A stretch of 64,000 bases of DNA. Origin: an uncultured Planctomycetota bacterium. Lineage in GTDB: Bacteria; Planctomycetota; Planctomycetia; Isosphaerales; Isosphaeraceae. A program made the translations under genes and the position numbers. This document shows, one piece after another, positions 34,024 to 43,611 of the stretch. The stretch covers positions 1,952,001 to 2,016,000 of the forward strand of contig CAWGMQ010000010.1 in the NCBI GenBank assembly GCA_963823665.1, read 5' to 3'. Numbering within the stretch: the first letter of the stretch is position 1; each line of letters opens with the position of its first letter. The notes beneath the pieces were generated by a model that was not told the origin of the DNA, did not search any database, and saw only the letters and a list, made by a program, of their open reading frames with translations.

Positions 34024-35598
34024 TTACTGGCAGTCGGGCGATAGAAAACTCGAATTGCAGGAAACCTGGCCGAGAGTTGTGCGACGCCACCGCCGGTGAC
34101 CCCGGTCCCTTGCACTGAGAGATACCAACAGTTGCTCAAACCGCCCAGTGAGGCCAGGCCCGTATCGGTGACGCGAGTGCCGGACAAATTGAGATGTTCG
34201 AGCTTTGAGAGGTCCCCGAGGCAGGCCAAGCCAGCGTCTCCAACCCGGGTATGCGATAAGTCGAGATGGAAGAGCCCTTTCGATCGTGCCAGGATCACCA
34301 TGTCGGCGTCCCCCACCGCCGTCCCGTTCAGACCGACCCACTTCAGCTCGGTCAAGTGGCCCAGGGGAAGCAGGGAATCCAGCCTGGGGGAATTGAGCAC
34401 CAGGCACCAGAGATCGGTCATGCCGCCGACGTGGCGAAGTCCCGCGCCCGAAATCCAAGGAGATTCGAGGCGAAGCTGGCGGAGCTTCAATCCCGACAGA
34501 TGGGCGAGACCGGCGTCGGTTATGCCGCTGCTGGAGAGCGTCAGGACCTCCAGAGACGTGAGCCCCCCGAGGTGAATCAGGTCCTCGTCTTTGAGCGGCA
34601 ATTCCAGGAGTTCGAGCCGCTTGAGTTGATTCATGTCCCGGAGGTGGGCCACCCCCGGACCGCGAACGCCGGTCCGGCTCAGGTTGAGCCGTTGCAGTCG
34701 GGGGAGGCCGCGCAGGTAGGCCAGGCCCGCGTCGGACACCGAGGGATGAGAGGCCGGGCTGAAATCGAGTTCTTCGAGGTCCTCGAGGCGGGCGATGTGG
34801 GCCATCACACCGTCGTCGGGTTCGCCGATCGGACTGCCGTTGAAGCCGACCCAGACGACCCTCCCGAAGTGATCGGGGCCGAGGCGAGCCATGGTCGATT
34901 CCCACCACGTCGGGTTGACGGGGCGCCCCGCCACGCGACCCTCCGGCTCCCAGTGGTACCGCACCGAACCGCCGGCCCGCTTGATCGCGCTCACGGCCTC
35001 GCGCTGGAGCCGGGCCCGGTGGAGGTGCAGCCCGAGCAGGCCCCCGAGGACGAGCACGGCGACTATGAGGCCCCGGACGCTCATGCGGGGTCTCCAACCC
35101 CAGCGGGCGCGCCGCTTGGGGACCGCTCCAGCCGCCGGGACGATCGGCCTGATGTAGAGATAGCGGTCCCGCCAGCGCGTGGCACACGCGACCCTCGCGA
35201 CGAGGGGCGAGAGGCCCAGCAGGAGCGTGCCGAGGAAAAGGCCCCCGGGCCAGAAGAAGCGCGCCGCCAGGTTTCCGAATGGGGCCCCGAGCACGACGAT
35301 CGTCGTCAGGAAGAGCCAGGCCATCAAGGTGAGGCCGATCGCGAGCAGAGGGGGATTCCTCAAGATCGTCCCGACCTCGACGCGATGATCCCCTTCCGGG
35401 GCGATGTCGAGTCGGACCGGTTTGCTGCTCAATGACGGGTTCATCGTCGCAGTGATCTCGTGGAGACCGGTGCGCGACCTCAATCTCGACGGTCTTCTCG
35501 CTGCCGATCGAGGCGACCGGGGTGCCGTCCAGGTGGATCTCATAGGACTGACGGACATCGGGCCACTGATGCAATCGTCTAAGGATGAGCTTCGCCAT
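34024..35598 (-). CDS. Membrane-anchored leucine-rich-repeat protein with an extra N-terminal beta domain (apparent frameshift near 35470; 3' end uncertain)
   Basis: MAKLILRR...YEIHLDG start in ORF 34024; TM segments, RMSVRGLIVAV, QREAVSAIKRAGG and about 10 LxxLxLxxTxVxDAGL repeats in ORF 33798. Confidence 0.75.
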   Translation of the reverse strand: MAKLILRRLHQWPDVRQSYEIHLDGTPVASIGSEKTVEIEVAHRSPRDHCDDEPVIEQQTGPTRHRPGRGSSRRGRDDLEESPSARDRPHLDGLALPDDDRRARGPIRKPGGALLLARGPFPRHAPAGPLAPRREGRVCHALAGPLSLHQADRPGGWSGPQAARPLGLETPHERPGPHSRRARPRGPARAAPPPGPAPARGRERDQAGRRFGAVPLGAGGSRGGAPRQPDVVGIDHGSPRPRSLREGRLGRLQRQSDRRTRRRCDGPHRPPRGPRRTRFQPGLSSLGVRRGPGLPARPPPTATAQPEPDRRSRSGGGPPPGHESTQAARTPGIAAQRRGPDSPRGAHVSGGPDALQQRHNRRRSRPSVGIEAPPASPRISLDFGRGTSPRRRHDRSLVPGAQFPQAGFPASPGPLDRAEVGRSERDGGGGRRHGDPGTIERALPSRLIAYPGWRRWLGLPRGPLKARTSQFVRHSRHRYGPGLTGRFEQLLVSLSARDRGHRRWRRTTLGQVSCNSSFLSPDCQ

Positions 35599-35726
35599 GC
35601 CTCATCTCCCCTCGGGCTTCTCGCCGACCACCGTCGAGAATCCTGTGTTCGGCCCACCCGTGCCAGGTCGCGGTATCGTCCCGCACCCGACTGTCCGCGC
35701 CAACTAGAATTCAAGCGTTACGGCTG

Positions 35727-36275
35727 TCACTCAGCTTCGAGATCATGAGCGAGCCACTTGTCTTTCGTGACTTCCCCTAACTCGACGCCCAGCGCGTCGG
35801 AAACGTCACGCTGGAAAAGCGGCCAGAGGATATCGGCGTCCGCGTCGAGATCGAGAACTCCGGCCTCGGGAACCTGCCCGCGAACGAAGTCAAACAACTC
35901 TCCGACTCTGATGTCCGGTGGCTCATTCTTGATCCACATCTTGCGGAGCTGATCTCTGGTGAGCTTTACGCCGAAATGCCGCTCAAGCCGAAATGCCAGA
36001 TCGATCAGGTCGATTCCCATGGAACCTTCCGCCAGTCGTCGCTTCTGCCCGTTGACCCACACAGCGCCCGCTTTGTCAATCTTGACCTTGTCGCCGGTCC
36101 GCACCGAGCCATAAGCCCTATCATCGACCCCGGGGATGCCGTCCTTGAAGCGGAACTCCGACCTTTCATTCGACCTCGAGGTGTCGACAACCTGCACGGC
36201 CTTCTGTGATTTGGAGCATCCCACGCATGAGATCGTCAGGGCGATCGGAATCACCGCGGAAACCATCCGCTTCAT
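35727..36275 (-). CDS. Chimeric ORF: lipoprotein-like N-terminus fused to an ACP-like domain lacking the conserved Ser
   Basis: Strong RBS AGGAGGAGG, signal peptide ending VGC; from 36020 MGIDLIDLAFRLERHFGV...IRVGELFDFV...DALGVELGEV. Confidence 0.55.
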   Translation of the reverse strand: MKRMVSAVIPIALTISCVGCSKSQKAVQVVDTSRSNERSEFRFKDGIPGVDDRAYGSVRTGDKVKIDKAGAVWVNGQKRRLAEGSMGIDLIDLAFRLERHFGVKLTRDQLRKMWIKNEPPDIRVGELFDFVRGQVPEAGVLDLDADADILWPLFQRDVSDALGVELGEVTKDKWLAHDLEAE

Positions 36276-36546
36276 GAGTCGCCTCCTCCTGTGCCTGTCA
36301 ACTCTCGCTACTAAACGACCCTTTACACCGGCAGTTCGACGTAACTCGTTGAACGACGTCTCGGATTTCGTCGATGCAACGGGGATATTCACCCTTTACA
36401 CATCGGACATTTGTAAATCGCCCATCTGGTGATTAACAGACGTCCACGATTCGGATGCTCGCCAGCTTCCAATGATACCGCGCTGCGACGTTTGTCGCAG
36501 CAGGGTCGAAAAGGTGAACCCTCGCCGGTTCATGGTCAGTCGGGCC

Positions 36547-37715
36547 TTATCTCGCGCTCTTGGCGAGCGTGAAATCGGCAATCCACACGGTCCCCGTCTG
36601 ATCCCCGACGTTGAATTGGATCATGTTCTCGGCGGCAAGGTCCTTGGCCTGGAACTTATATTGATAGTCCTGCCACGCTTGGGTCAGGCGGACCTCCTGG
36701 AGCAGGCCAATGCCATGGTAATCGGGCTCATCGATCGATCCAACGAGAAAGATCCGGCGCGGGGCGTCCGCCTTGGCGCGGAACCGGACCGTGTAGGTCG
36801 CGCCAGCCTGGGGATCGTCGAACATCCTGATGATTCTTACATGCCAATTGTTTCCATCCACGGCGGCGACGGCGATCCGGCAAACGTTTTCTTCGATGGC
36901 CAGGGTTGCCTTGGCGGTGCCGAAGAGCTCCAGCGCGCACAATCGGGCAGGCTCGACCGGCATCGGCTTACTTCCCGACTCATCCTGCTCGGGATGCGCC
37001 GCATGCGCCGGCGAGTCTTGCCAGTCCAGTCCGATCTCGGCGAGCTGCGCGCGGATGCGGGGGATGTTCCAGATCACCAGGCTGCCGTCGGAAAAGCCGA
37101 CAGCCAGCAGCTCGCGATTGGGGCCCCACGCCAGGCCCCAGTTGGTGCCATACTCCTCGGGCAAGGCCAGCAGGAGTTTCTTCCGGTGCAGGTCCCAGAC
37201 GGTGATCGCTCCGGCGCCGCCTGCGCCGCCAGCAGTGCGTCGTCGGAGCTCAGGGTGACCCCACCGGCGAGACCGCGATCCCTTGCTCCCTCGAAGTCGT
37301 CCGGACCGGAGTATTTGACCGTCCGAACTGAAAGCGACGGCGGGAACTCCGCCGACGTGCGCGCCCACGACGAGCTTCTCGCGGGCCCCAGCGAGGTGCC
37401 AGATTTGAACTGCGTTGTGCTGCCAGTTCCCACGACCGACAAGAGACTTGCCGTCCTGGCTGAAACGGACAGCCCAGGCACTGGCCTGTTTCAATGTGGC
37501 GACTTCCCGGTTCGTTACCATCTCCCAGAGACGAATGAGCCCGGATTGGTGATCCGCAAATGCCACCAGCTTTTCGTCCGGGCTGAAGCGGACCGAACGA
37601 CATTCCCCGAAGCGCGCGACAGTCAGCTGCTCGAACTGAGGTCCCTCAAGCACAGCAACCCCCGAATTGCCGGCATAGGCCAGATAATGGCCGGTGCTGC
37701 TGAAGACGAGCTCGG
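36547..37715 (-). pseudogene. C-terminal fragment of a WD40 plus CBM4/9-like carbohydrate-binding-domain kinase gene
   Basis: WD repeats (FSPDEKLVAF, FSQDGKSL, WGPNRELLAVG), IRAQLAEIGLDW, then GATYTVRFRAKAD...QFNVGDQTGTVWIADF. No start of its own; joined out of frame to the kinase fragment. Confidence 0.7.
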
Positions 37716-38485
37716 GACGACAGCGTGAAGGAATCCGACACCGCCGGCCGATCGCGGGCGTCGGCCGTCTTGTCCTGCGGGCATACGACATCCTTCTGCA
37801 CCGCTGTAGCGTCCTCACCGTCTTCGTCATTCGTCCTGTGGAACTCGCCCGTCAAGAGCGAGCGGGCCACCTGCGCAGCCGGGATTTCCGGGCGCGAGCG
37901 GCGCGGTTGGCCTAGAGTGAGCGTGCTGCCAGCCCGGGCCCCGCCGGACTGCAAGTGCTTCAACTCGTCCAGCACCTCATCCAGCCCCAGGCCCTGGATG
38001 AACTGCATGACGTAATACGGCAGGCCATCGTGCTCGCCGACGCCGAAGACAGGGACGATATTGGTGTGGTGCAGCCGGGCGGCCGCTCTCGCTTCGCGCT
38101 CGAACCGCCGCTTGGCCTGCGCCTCCAGCAGCATACTATTTGGCAGCACCTTGAGCGCGACGGGCCGCCCCAGCGAGACCTGCTCGGCCTCGTAGACAAT
38201 GCCCATGCCGCCCTTGCCGACTTCGCGGATGATGCGATAATCCCCAAGTTGCTGCAGGGCGGGAGACGGCGGTGCGGCTGCGTGCTCGTCCGCTTCGAGG
38301 TGATCTTCCTTGACCTGCTCGATCTCCACCATGGCCGGGAACAGCTCGCGGATGTCGTCAGCCAGCTCGGGATTGCGGTCGATGTATTCCTGGAGCGGAG
38401 GCCGTTCGCCGGCCCGGTACCGCGCGGCGAACTCGTCGGCAAGCCGTGTGAGCAGGATGTAGTTGGCGGAGCTGGAGGTGGACGT
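37715..38485 (-). pseudogene. Truncated paralog of the kinase at 39046-42936 (N-lobe only; start ACG)
   Basis: AAGGAG RBS then in-frame ACG TCC ACC...SANYILLTRLADEFAARY...GKGGMGIVY...HTNIVPVF...DSFTLSS; homology stops before HRD/DFG. Confidence 0.85.
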
Positions 38486-38532
38486 AGCGTGTCTCCTTTT
38501 TGCTTTGCTACTTTGCCCGGATTCGCCTTGAG

Positions 38533-38631
38533 CTGCGGTGGCGCCTCCGCCAATCGAGACACGAGACGCATGTACTCGATCCCGGCCTTCCGCTGCACGA
38601 TTGAGACCATGTCCGTATCAAGGATTAGCAC
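38533..38631 (-). pseudogene. Truncated VapC/PIN-like toxin (first ~33 codons)
   Basis: MLILDTDMVSIVQRK PIN N-terminal motif overlapping the antitoxin stop; it then runs into the kinase fragment's upstream region. Confidence 0.65.
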
Positions 38632-38842
38632 GTTTCAATTTTCCTCCTCGCGGCCGCAACGATTCGCGGTATTCTCTGCCCAAACGAACAATCTCCTCGA
38701 ACACCGGATCATCCTTGAAGCGCCCGGCGTCCTCCAGCCACCACGGTCGATTGGGATCGGCCGGCCGCGAAATCTTTGCGTCCAGCCGTCGGACCACTTT
38801 TTCCAGGGCATCGAGCCTGTCAGCGAGTTGGGCGATTGTCAT
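38618..38842 (-). CDS. Putative type II antitoxin
   Basis: AGGAG RBS; 74 aa, MTIAQLADRLDALEK...PWWLEDAGRFKDDPVFEEIVRLGREYRES, directly upstream of the PIN fragment. Confidence 0.7.
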   Translation of the reverse strand: MTIAQLADRLDALEKVVRRLDAKISRPADPNRPWWLEDAGRFKDDPVFEEIVRLGREYRESLRPRGGKLKRANP

Positions 38843-39045
38843 CGACTGGTCTCCTGGCCTTTTGGCCACAGTTCCACTCAGTCCTTCCGTTCTTCAGATC
38901 GAATAGACACCATAGTCGTTCGCCGGCCCGGTACCGCGCGGCGAACTCGTCGGCGAGCCGAGTCAGCAGGACGTAGTTGGCGGAGTTGTCGGCTGCCAAG
39001 AATTATGAACTCCTGTGTCACGCAAAAAAAGCTGGGGCAACCACG

Positions 39046-42000
39046 TCACCGCACCGGCGGCCCGCCGAGCGTATCCAGCCGTTCCCGCAACTGGTGCCAT
39101 GTGTCGCCGTCCAGCACTTGAATGACACCCTCGGAATCAAGTTTCATCCCGGTGACGACCTGTGCCCAGAGCTCGATCCGCTCCAGGCCGCCCTGGACAG
39201 GAGCGGGCAATTCCCATAGCCGCGCGGTGTTATCTCCACATGCGGTCACGATCCTTTTGCCTTCGGGGCTAAAGACGACGGCCCGCACACGTCCCGGGTG
39301 TTGCAGAGGTGTACCAATCGGCTTCGCTGTGGCCGCATCCCACAGGCGGGCCGTGCCGTCCACGCTCCCTGTAAGGAGCATTTTGCCATCGGGACTGAAA
39401 GCAACCGTCCAAACTTTCCCCTGGTGCCGCATGGGCCCGCCGATGGGGGCGCCGGTCGTTGCATCCCACAGATGGGCGATTTCATCCTCGCCTGCGGTTG
39501 CCACCGTCTTGCTATCCGGGGTGAAGGCGGCGGCGAAGAAGCTAGTTTCGGCGACGCGATGCTGCATGGGCTGTCCAATGGCTTTGCCGGTTGCAGTTTC
39601 CCAAAGTTTCACGGTCTGAACAGCGAAGCTTGCGGTCAAGCATGTTCTCCCGTCGGGGCTAAAAGCGACTGCGTCGACCGGGCCATCGTGAGGCGGGGTT
39701 AGGATCCTGAGCAATCCACCGGTGGCCGAATCCAGGAGCCAGGCCGTGCCGGTCCGGCTTCCCGTCAGTAGCAGACTTCCGTCTGGACTAAACGCCATAG
39801 TTAAGGATGGTCCCTCCAGATGGGGTGGGCCGATCGGTTGGCCTGTGGCGGCATCCCAAAGGTGGACCTCTTCCCTTGTTGCTGTCGCCACGATCTTACC
39901 GTTCGGGTTGAACGCCGCGATGTTCCAGCCACGATTGATGCCGTCACTATTGCATTGCAGGGCACGGTGAATCGGCTCACCCGTGTCCACATTCCAAAGC
40001 TGTGCTGTCCCGTCACTGCTGGCGGTCAGAATCGTTTTGCCGTCGGGACTGTAGGCGACAGCCCAGACGCCGCCCCGATGACCCCTGAATTGTCTCAGTT
40101 CTTTTCCGGTCGTTGCATCCCAGAGGCGCGCGGTCTTGTCGATGCTTCCCGTCAGTACGGTTTTTCCACCTGGGCTGAAGGCCACGGCCATCAGAATGCC
40201 CTGATGTCGCAACGGCGTGCCGAAGGGGTCGCCGGTGCCGACCTCCCAGAGCCGGACGGTCTGATCCGCGCTCGCCGTGAGGACCGATTTACCGTCTGGG
40301 GTGAAGGCAACGGCTGTGACGGGGCCACCGTGCGACAACACAGGCAGCAGCGGCTTGCCGTTGTCAGCCTGCCAGAGGCGGAGCGTTTTGTCCTTGCTCC
40401 CGGTGGCGATGATTTTTCCGTCCGGGCTGAATGCCACGGAATACACGTCGTCCTGATGCACGAGCGGCTCGCCGATCGGCTGGTGCGTGGCCACATCCCA
40501 GCGCTGCGCTACGTTGACAGTGACACAGGTTACGATCGTTTTGCCGTCTGGGGAAAAAGCCAGGCCGTGTACCCCACCTTGATGCATAAGAGGGGCGCCA
40601 ATGGGCTTGCCGGTACCGGCCTCCCATAGCCGGGCTGTTTGGTCCCCGCTCCCGGTCAGGATGAGCTTGCCGTCCGGGCTAAAAGCGATCGCCCAAACCC
40701 CGCCTTGGTGGTGCATTACTGTTCCGAGGGGCGAGCGCGCAGCAGCGTCCCAAACACGAGCTGTTCCGTCGTCGCTTCCTGTCAGGATCGTCTTCCCATC
40801 CGGACTGAAAGCCACAGCACGAACCGCACCTTGGTGTTCGAGCGGCGGCCCGAGCGGCTTGCGGCTGGCCACGTCCCAGAGGTGTGCCTTGAAACCGTCG
40901 CCTCCTGTCAGCACGGTCTTCCCATCAGGGCTGAAAACACCGGGTATCGCGACTCGAGGCCCGATGCCCGAGGCCTCGCATTGATGGTGAGGCAGCTCCA
41001 GAACGAGCCTGCCGGTAGGCGTCTCCCACAAGCGCGGTCTCCCGTCGGTGCCGCCCGTGAGGAAGAGCTTGCCGTCGGGACTGGCTGCCAACGCCTCCAG
41101 CGGGCATGGCGTGTGCCAGACGGCTTGTAGACGATGCAAGGAAGCCCGCCAGCGCGCGATATTGGTCCGAATGTCTCGCTCCAGGTCCGGATCACCCGCC
41201 GGAGCAAGTTCCAGGCTTCGTGCCATCCAGATCAATCCTTGCCCCGTATTCCCTTGCTGGCAGAGGCTCAAACCTCGTTCCAGGGCCAGGCGGGCCGAGA
41301 GTCGATGGCTTTGGTGCTGCGCTTCCGCGGTCAGCGCGCGTTGGTTCGTCGCGTCCTCCAAAGCCAGATGGGTGCGCTCCTGTTCTCGGCGAAGTTGCAG
41401 CACGAAGGAATAACCAACCGCCAAGGTTGCCAGGGCCGCCAGGACCAAAAGGGCCAGGAGTGAGGCTGCGGCTCCAGCCGGATGTCGCCGGCACCAGCGC
41501 CACAACCGCTCCGCTGGGCTTACCCGCCGGGCCTTGATCGGTTCATCCTCGATGAACCGCTGCAAGTCCTCGGCCAGCGCTGCGGCTGAGCCGTAACGCT
41601 GTCTGGGGTCCTTGTCGATTGCCTTGTGAACGATCGTCTGGAGATCCCGGGGCACGTGCCGGTTCAGCTCGCCCAAGCGCGCGGGCTCTTCTTGCGTCAC
41701 CTGCCTGATCAGCCGGTTCCGCTCCCTCTCATCAAACGCCGGCCGAAACGCCAACATTTCGTACAGCGAGAGACCCAGGGAGTACACGTCGCTGCGGGCA
41801 TCGGTCTTGCCCTCGAACGCTTCCGGCGGCATGTAGCGCAGCGTGCCGAGGATGTCGCCGGTGTGCGTCAGATTCTGCTGATCGTCCGCCTTGGCGAGCC
41901 CGAAATCCGTGACCCACACCGTCCCCTGCGTGTCCAGGAGCAAATTTGACGGCTTGATGTCCCGGTGATTGATCCCTTGCTTGTGCGCGTACTCGAGCGC

Positions 42001-42936
42001 GTGGGACACCTGGACGCCGATGGATGCCACGCTCTCCCAGTAGGTCTGTTTCTTGTTCCTGGACTCGCCGCCGCTTGGGCTTCGCCCCGGCAGCACTACG
42101 GATGAGGACGAAAGCGTGAATGAATCGGCTGGTGGCCCAGAGCCCGGTGCGTCTCCACTCTTGTCCTTTGCGCCGGCTACTCCCTCCGGCTCCGGTTTGC
42201 CGCTGGTACAATCCACCGTCTTGCCGAACTCCCCTGTCATCAGCAAACGAGCAACACTCACGGCCGAGAGTGCGCCGTGCGATCGGGTCTCGACCTGTCG
42301 CTCTTCCCCCGGCAAGCTGGAGGCCTGCGCCCCGGTCCGCGACACGCGCAGCTCGCCGGCGAAGTTTGTACCGGCCTTGGCGTTGCCTTGCTGCATTTTC
42401 TTTAGCTCTTCAAGCACTGCATCCAGCCCAAGGCCCTGGATGAACTGCATCACGTAGTACGGAAGGCCATCCTGCTCGCCGACGCCAAACACGGGGACGA
42501 TGTTGGTGTGGTGGAGCTTGGCGGCCGACTTCGCTTCGCGCTCGAAGCGCCGCTTGGCCCTGACATCGAACAGCGTGCTCCTGGGCAGCACCTTCAGGGC
42601 CACGTGCCGCCCCAGCGAGACCTGCTCGGCCTCGTAGACAATGCCCATGCCGCCCTTGCCCACTTCGCGGAGGATGCGATAATCCCCGAGTTGCTGCATG
42701 GCGGGAGAAGGCGGCGCGGCCGCGTGCTCGTCCGATTCCTGGTGATCTTCCTTGACCTGCTCGATCTCGACCATGGCCGGGAACAGCTCGCGGATGTCGT
42801 CAGCGAGCTCGGGATAGCGGTCGATGTACTCCTGGAGCGGAGGCCGCCCGCCGGCCCGATACCGCGCGGCGAACTCGTCGGCGAGCCGGGTCAGCAGGAT
42901 GTAGTTCGCGGAGCTCTCCGAGGTCTTGTCAGACAT
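39046..42936 (-). CDS. Ser/Thr protein kinase with TM helix and about 14 WD40 repeats
   Basis: Intact 1296-aa ORF with GKGGMGIVY, HRDIKPSN, DFG, GTLRYMPPE, WCRRHP-TM and repeated AVAFSPDGK...D.TARLWD. Confidence 0.95.
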   Translation of the reverse strand: MSDKTSESSANYILLTRLADEFAARYRAGGRPPLQEYIDRYPELADDIRELFPAMVEIEQVKEDHQESDEHAAAPPSPAMQQLGDYRILREVGKGGMGIVYEAEQVSLGRHVALKVLPRSTLFDVRAKRRFEREAKSAAKLHHTNIVPVFGVGEQDGLPYYVMQFIQGLGLDAVLEELKKMQQGNAKAGTNFAGELRVSRTGAQASSLPGEERQVETRSHGALSAVSVARLLMTGEFGKTVDCTSGKPEPEGVAGAKDKSGDAPGSGPPADSFTLSSSSVVLPGRSPSGGESRNKKQTYWESVASIGVQVSHALEYAHKQGINHRDIKPSNLLLDTQGTVWVTDFGLAKADDQQNLTHTGDILGTLRYMPPEAFEGKTDARSDVYSLGLSLYEMLAFRPAFDERERNRLIRQVTQEEPARLGELNRHVPRDLQTIVHKAIDKDPRQRYGSAAALAEDLQRFIEDEPIKARRVSPAERLWRWCRRHPAGAAASLLALLVLAALATLAVGYSFVLQLRREQERTHLALEDATNQRALTAEAQHQSHRLSARLALERGLSLCQQGNTGQGLIWMARSLELAPAGDPDLERDIRTNIARWRASLHRLQAVWHTPCPLEALAASPDGKLFLTGGTDGRPRLWETPTGRLVLELPHHQCEASGIGPRVAIPGVFSPDGKTVLTGGDGFKAHLWDVASRKPLGPPLEHQGAVRAVAFSPDGKTILTGSDDGTARVWDAAARSPLGTVMHHQGGVWAIAFSPDGKLILTGSGDQTARLWEAGTGKPIGAPLMHQGGVHGLAFSPDGKTIVTCVTVNVAQRWDVATHQPIGEPLVHQDDVYSVAFSPDGKIIATGSKDKTLRLWQADNGKPLLPVLSHGGPVTAVAFTPDGKSVLTASADQTVRLWEVGTGDPFGTPLRHQGILMAVAFSPGGKTVLTGSIDKTARLWDATTGKELRQFRGHRGGVWAVAYSPDGKTILTASSDGTAQLWNVDTGEPIHRALQCNSDGINRGWNIAAFNPNGKIVATATREEVHLWDAATGQPIGPPHLEGPSLTMAFSPDGSLLLTGSRTGTAWLLDSATGGLLRILTPPHDGPVDAVAFSPDGRTCLTASFAVQTVKLWETATGKAIGQPMQHRVAETSFFAAAFTPDSKTVATAGEDEIAHLWDATTGAPIGGPMRHQGKVWTVAFSPDGKMLLTGSVDGTARLWDAATAKPIGTPLQHPGRVRAVVFSPEGKRIVTACGDNTARLWELPAPVQGGLERIELWAQVVTGMKLDSEGVIQVLDGDTWHQLRERLDTLGGPPVR

Positions 42937-43063
42937 TGTCGAGTCCTCCGGGCATGGTGGCGAGGATCAACTTGAGTCGCTTCAGCGCGTCGTTCCAAGC
43001 CGCCTGGTCCCCGGCACGGACCTGTTCCAGAAGGCGGGCCGTCTCGGCGGAGTTGTTGTCCAT
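42929..43063 (-). pseudogene. 44-aa internally deleted planctomycete-type ECF sigma factor
   Basis: Hand translation gives MDNNSAETARLLEQVRAGDQAAWND joined to ALKRLKLILATMPGGLDNV*, the N- and C-terminal ends typical of kinase-associated ECF sigmas. The stop overlaps the kinase start (ATGTCTGA). Confidence 0.7.
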
Positions 43064-43151
43064 CAGCGTTTCCCTGAGCTATTAACTCCGGAGCAAGCGG
43101 TTTACTGGACAGGTTGAGGGAGAGTTTTTCGGAGATTGTAGCAGAGCTGTG

Positions 43152-43210
43152 CCGGTTCCCGTCCAGTTGCGCGGACGAATGATGGGAATCTCGATGATCG
43201 TTTATTCGGG
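43152..43210 (+). repeat. Diverged 59-bp direct copy of MFS gene segment 33461-33519
   Basis: 52 of 59 bases identical; PVPVQLRGRMMGISMIVYSG versus PVPDQLRGRMMGIWMIVYSG. Confidence 0.9.
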
Positions 43211-43611
43211 TTATGACCTGCCGGCTGCGGGCGCGCAGGAAATGTGTCGGAAGAACGAGGCGCTCCGCGAGCTGGTCGCCACGTGGCACGGCCTGACGCC
43301 AGCCGTCAGGAAGGCTATCATGGACTTGGCACGGGCCACAATCTGACAGAGCGCGTCGGGGATCGAGTGGTCCCCGGTCACCTCAGAACCACCAGCCAGT
43401 GTCCGCAGATAATCTCGTATGGTGCCTCCGGAAACCTGTACATTTATTCCCAGCCCATGGTATGGGCGGATCCGTGCCGGCGGCTCGAACGGTGCAGATA
43501 AGCCACCGCGGAAACCCGACTCGACCAACCAGCACCAAGCGGGAATTGAGTCCGCTCCGGCGACCGAAGAAGGCGATCAAGGCAAGTCTCAGTAAATGAC
43601 GAGCCAATCTC

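Larger units (their letters stand above)
38403..42913. repeat. Three copies of a 69-bp kinase 5' segment: 38403-38471, 38917-38985 and 42845-42913
   Basis: cgttcgccggcccggtaccgcgcggcgaactcgtcggc...agcagga(t/c)gtagtt(g/c)gcggag, encoding SANY(I/V)LLTRLADEFAARYRAG on the minus strand. Confidence 0.92.

Noticed and set aside
37715..42936. Diverged repeat pairs as DGR template/variable regions
   Set aside because: There is no reverse transcriptase in the window, and mismatches are not restricted to adenines and are mostly at synonymous positions.
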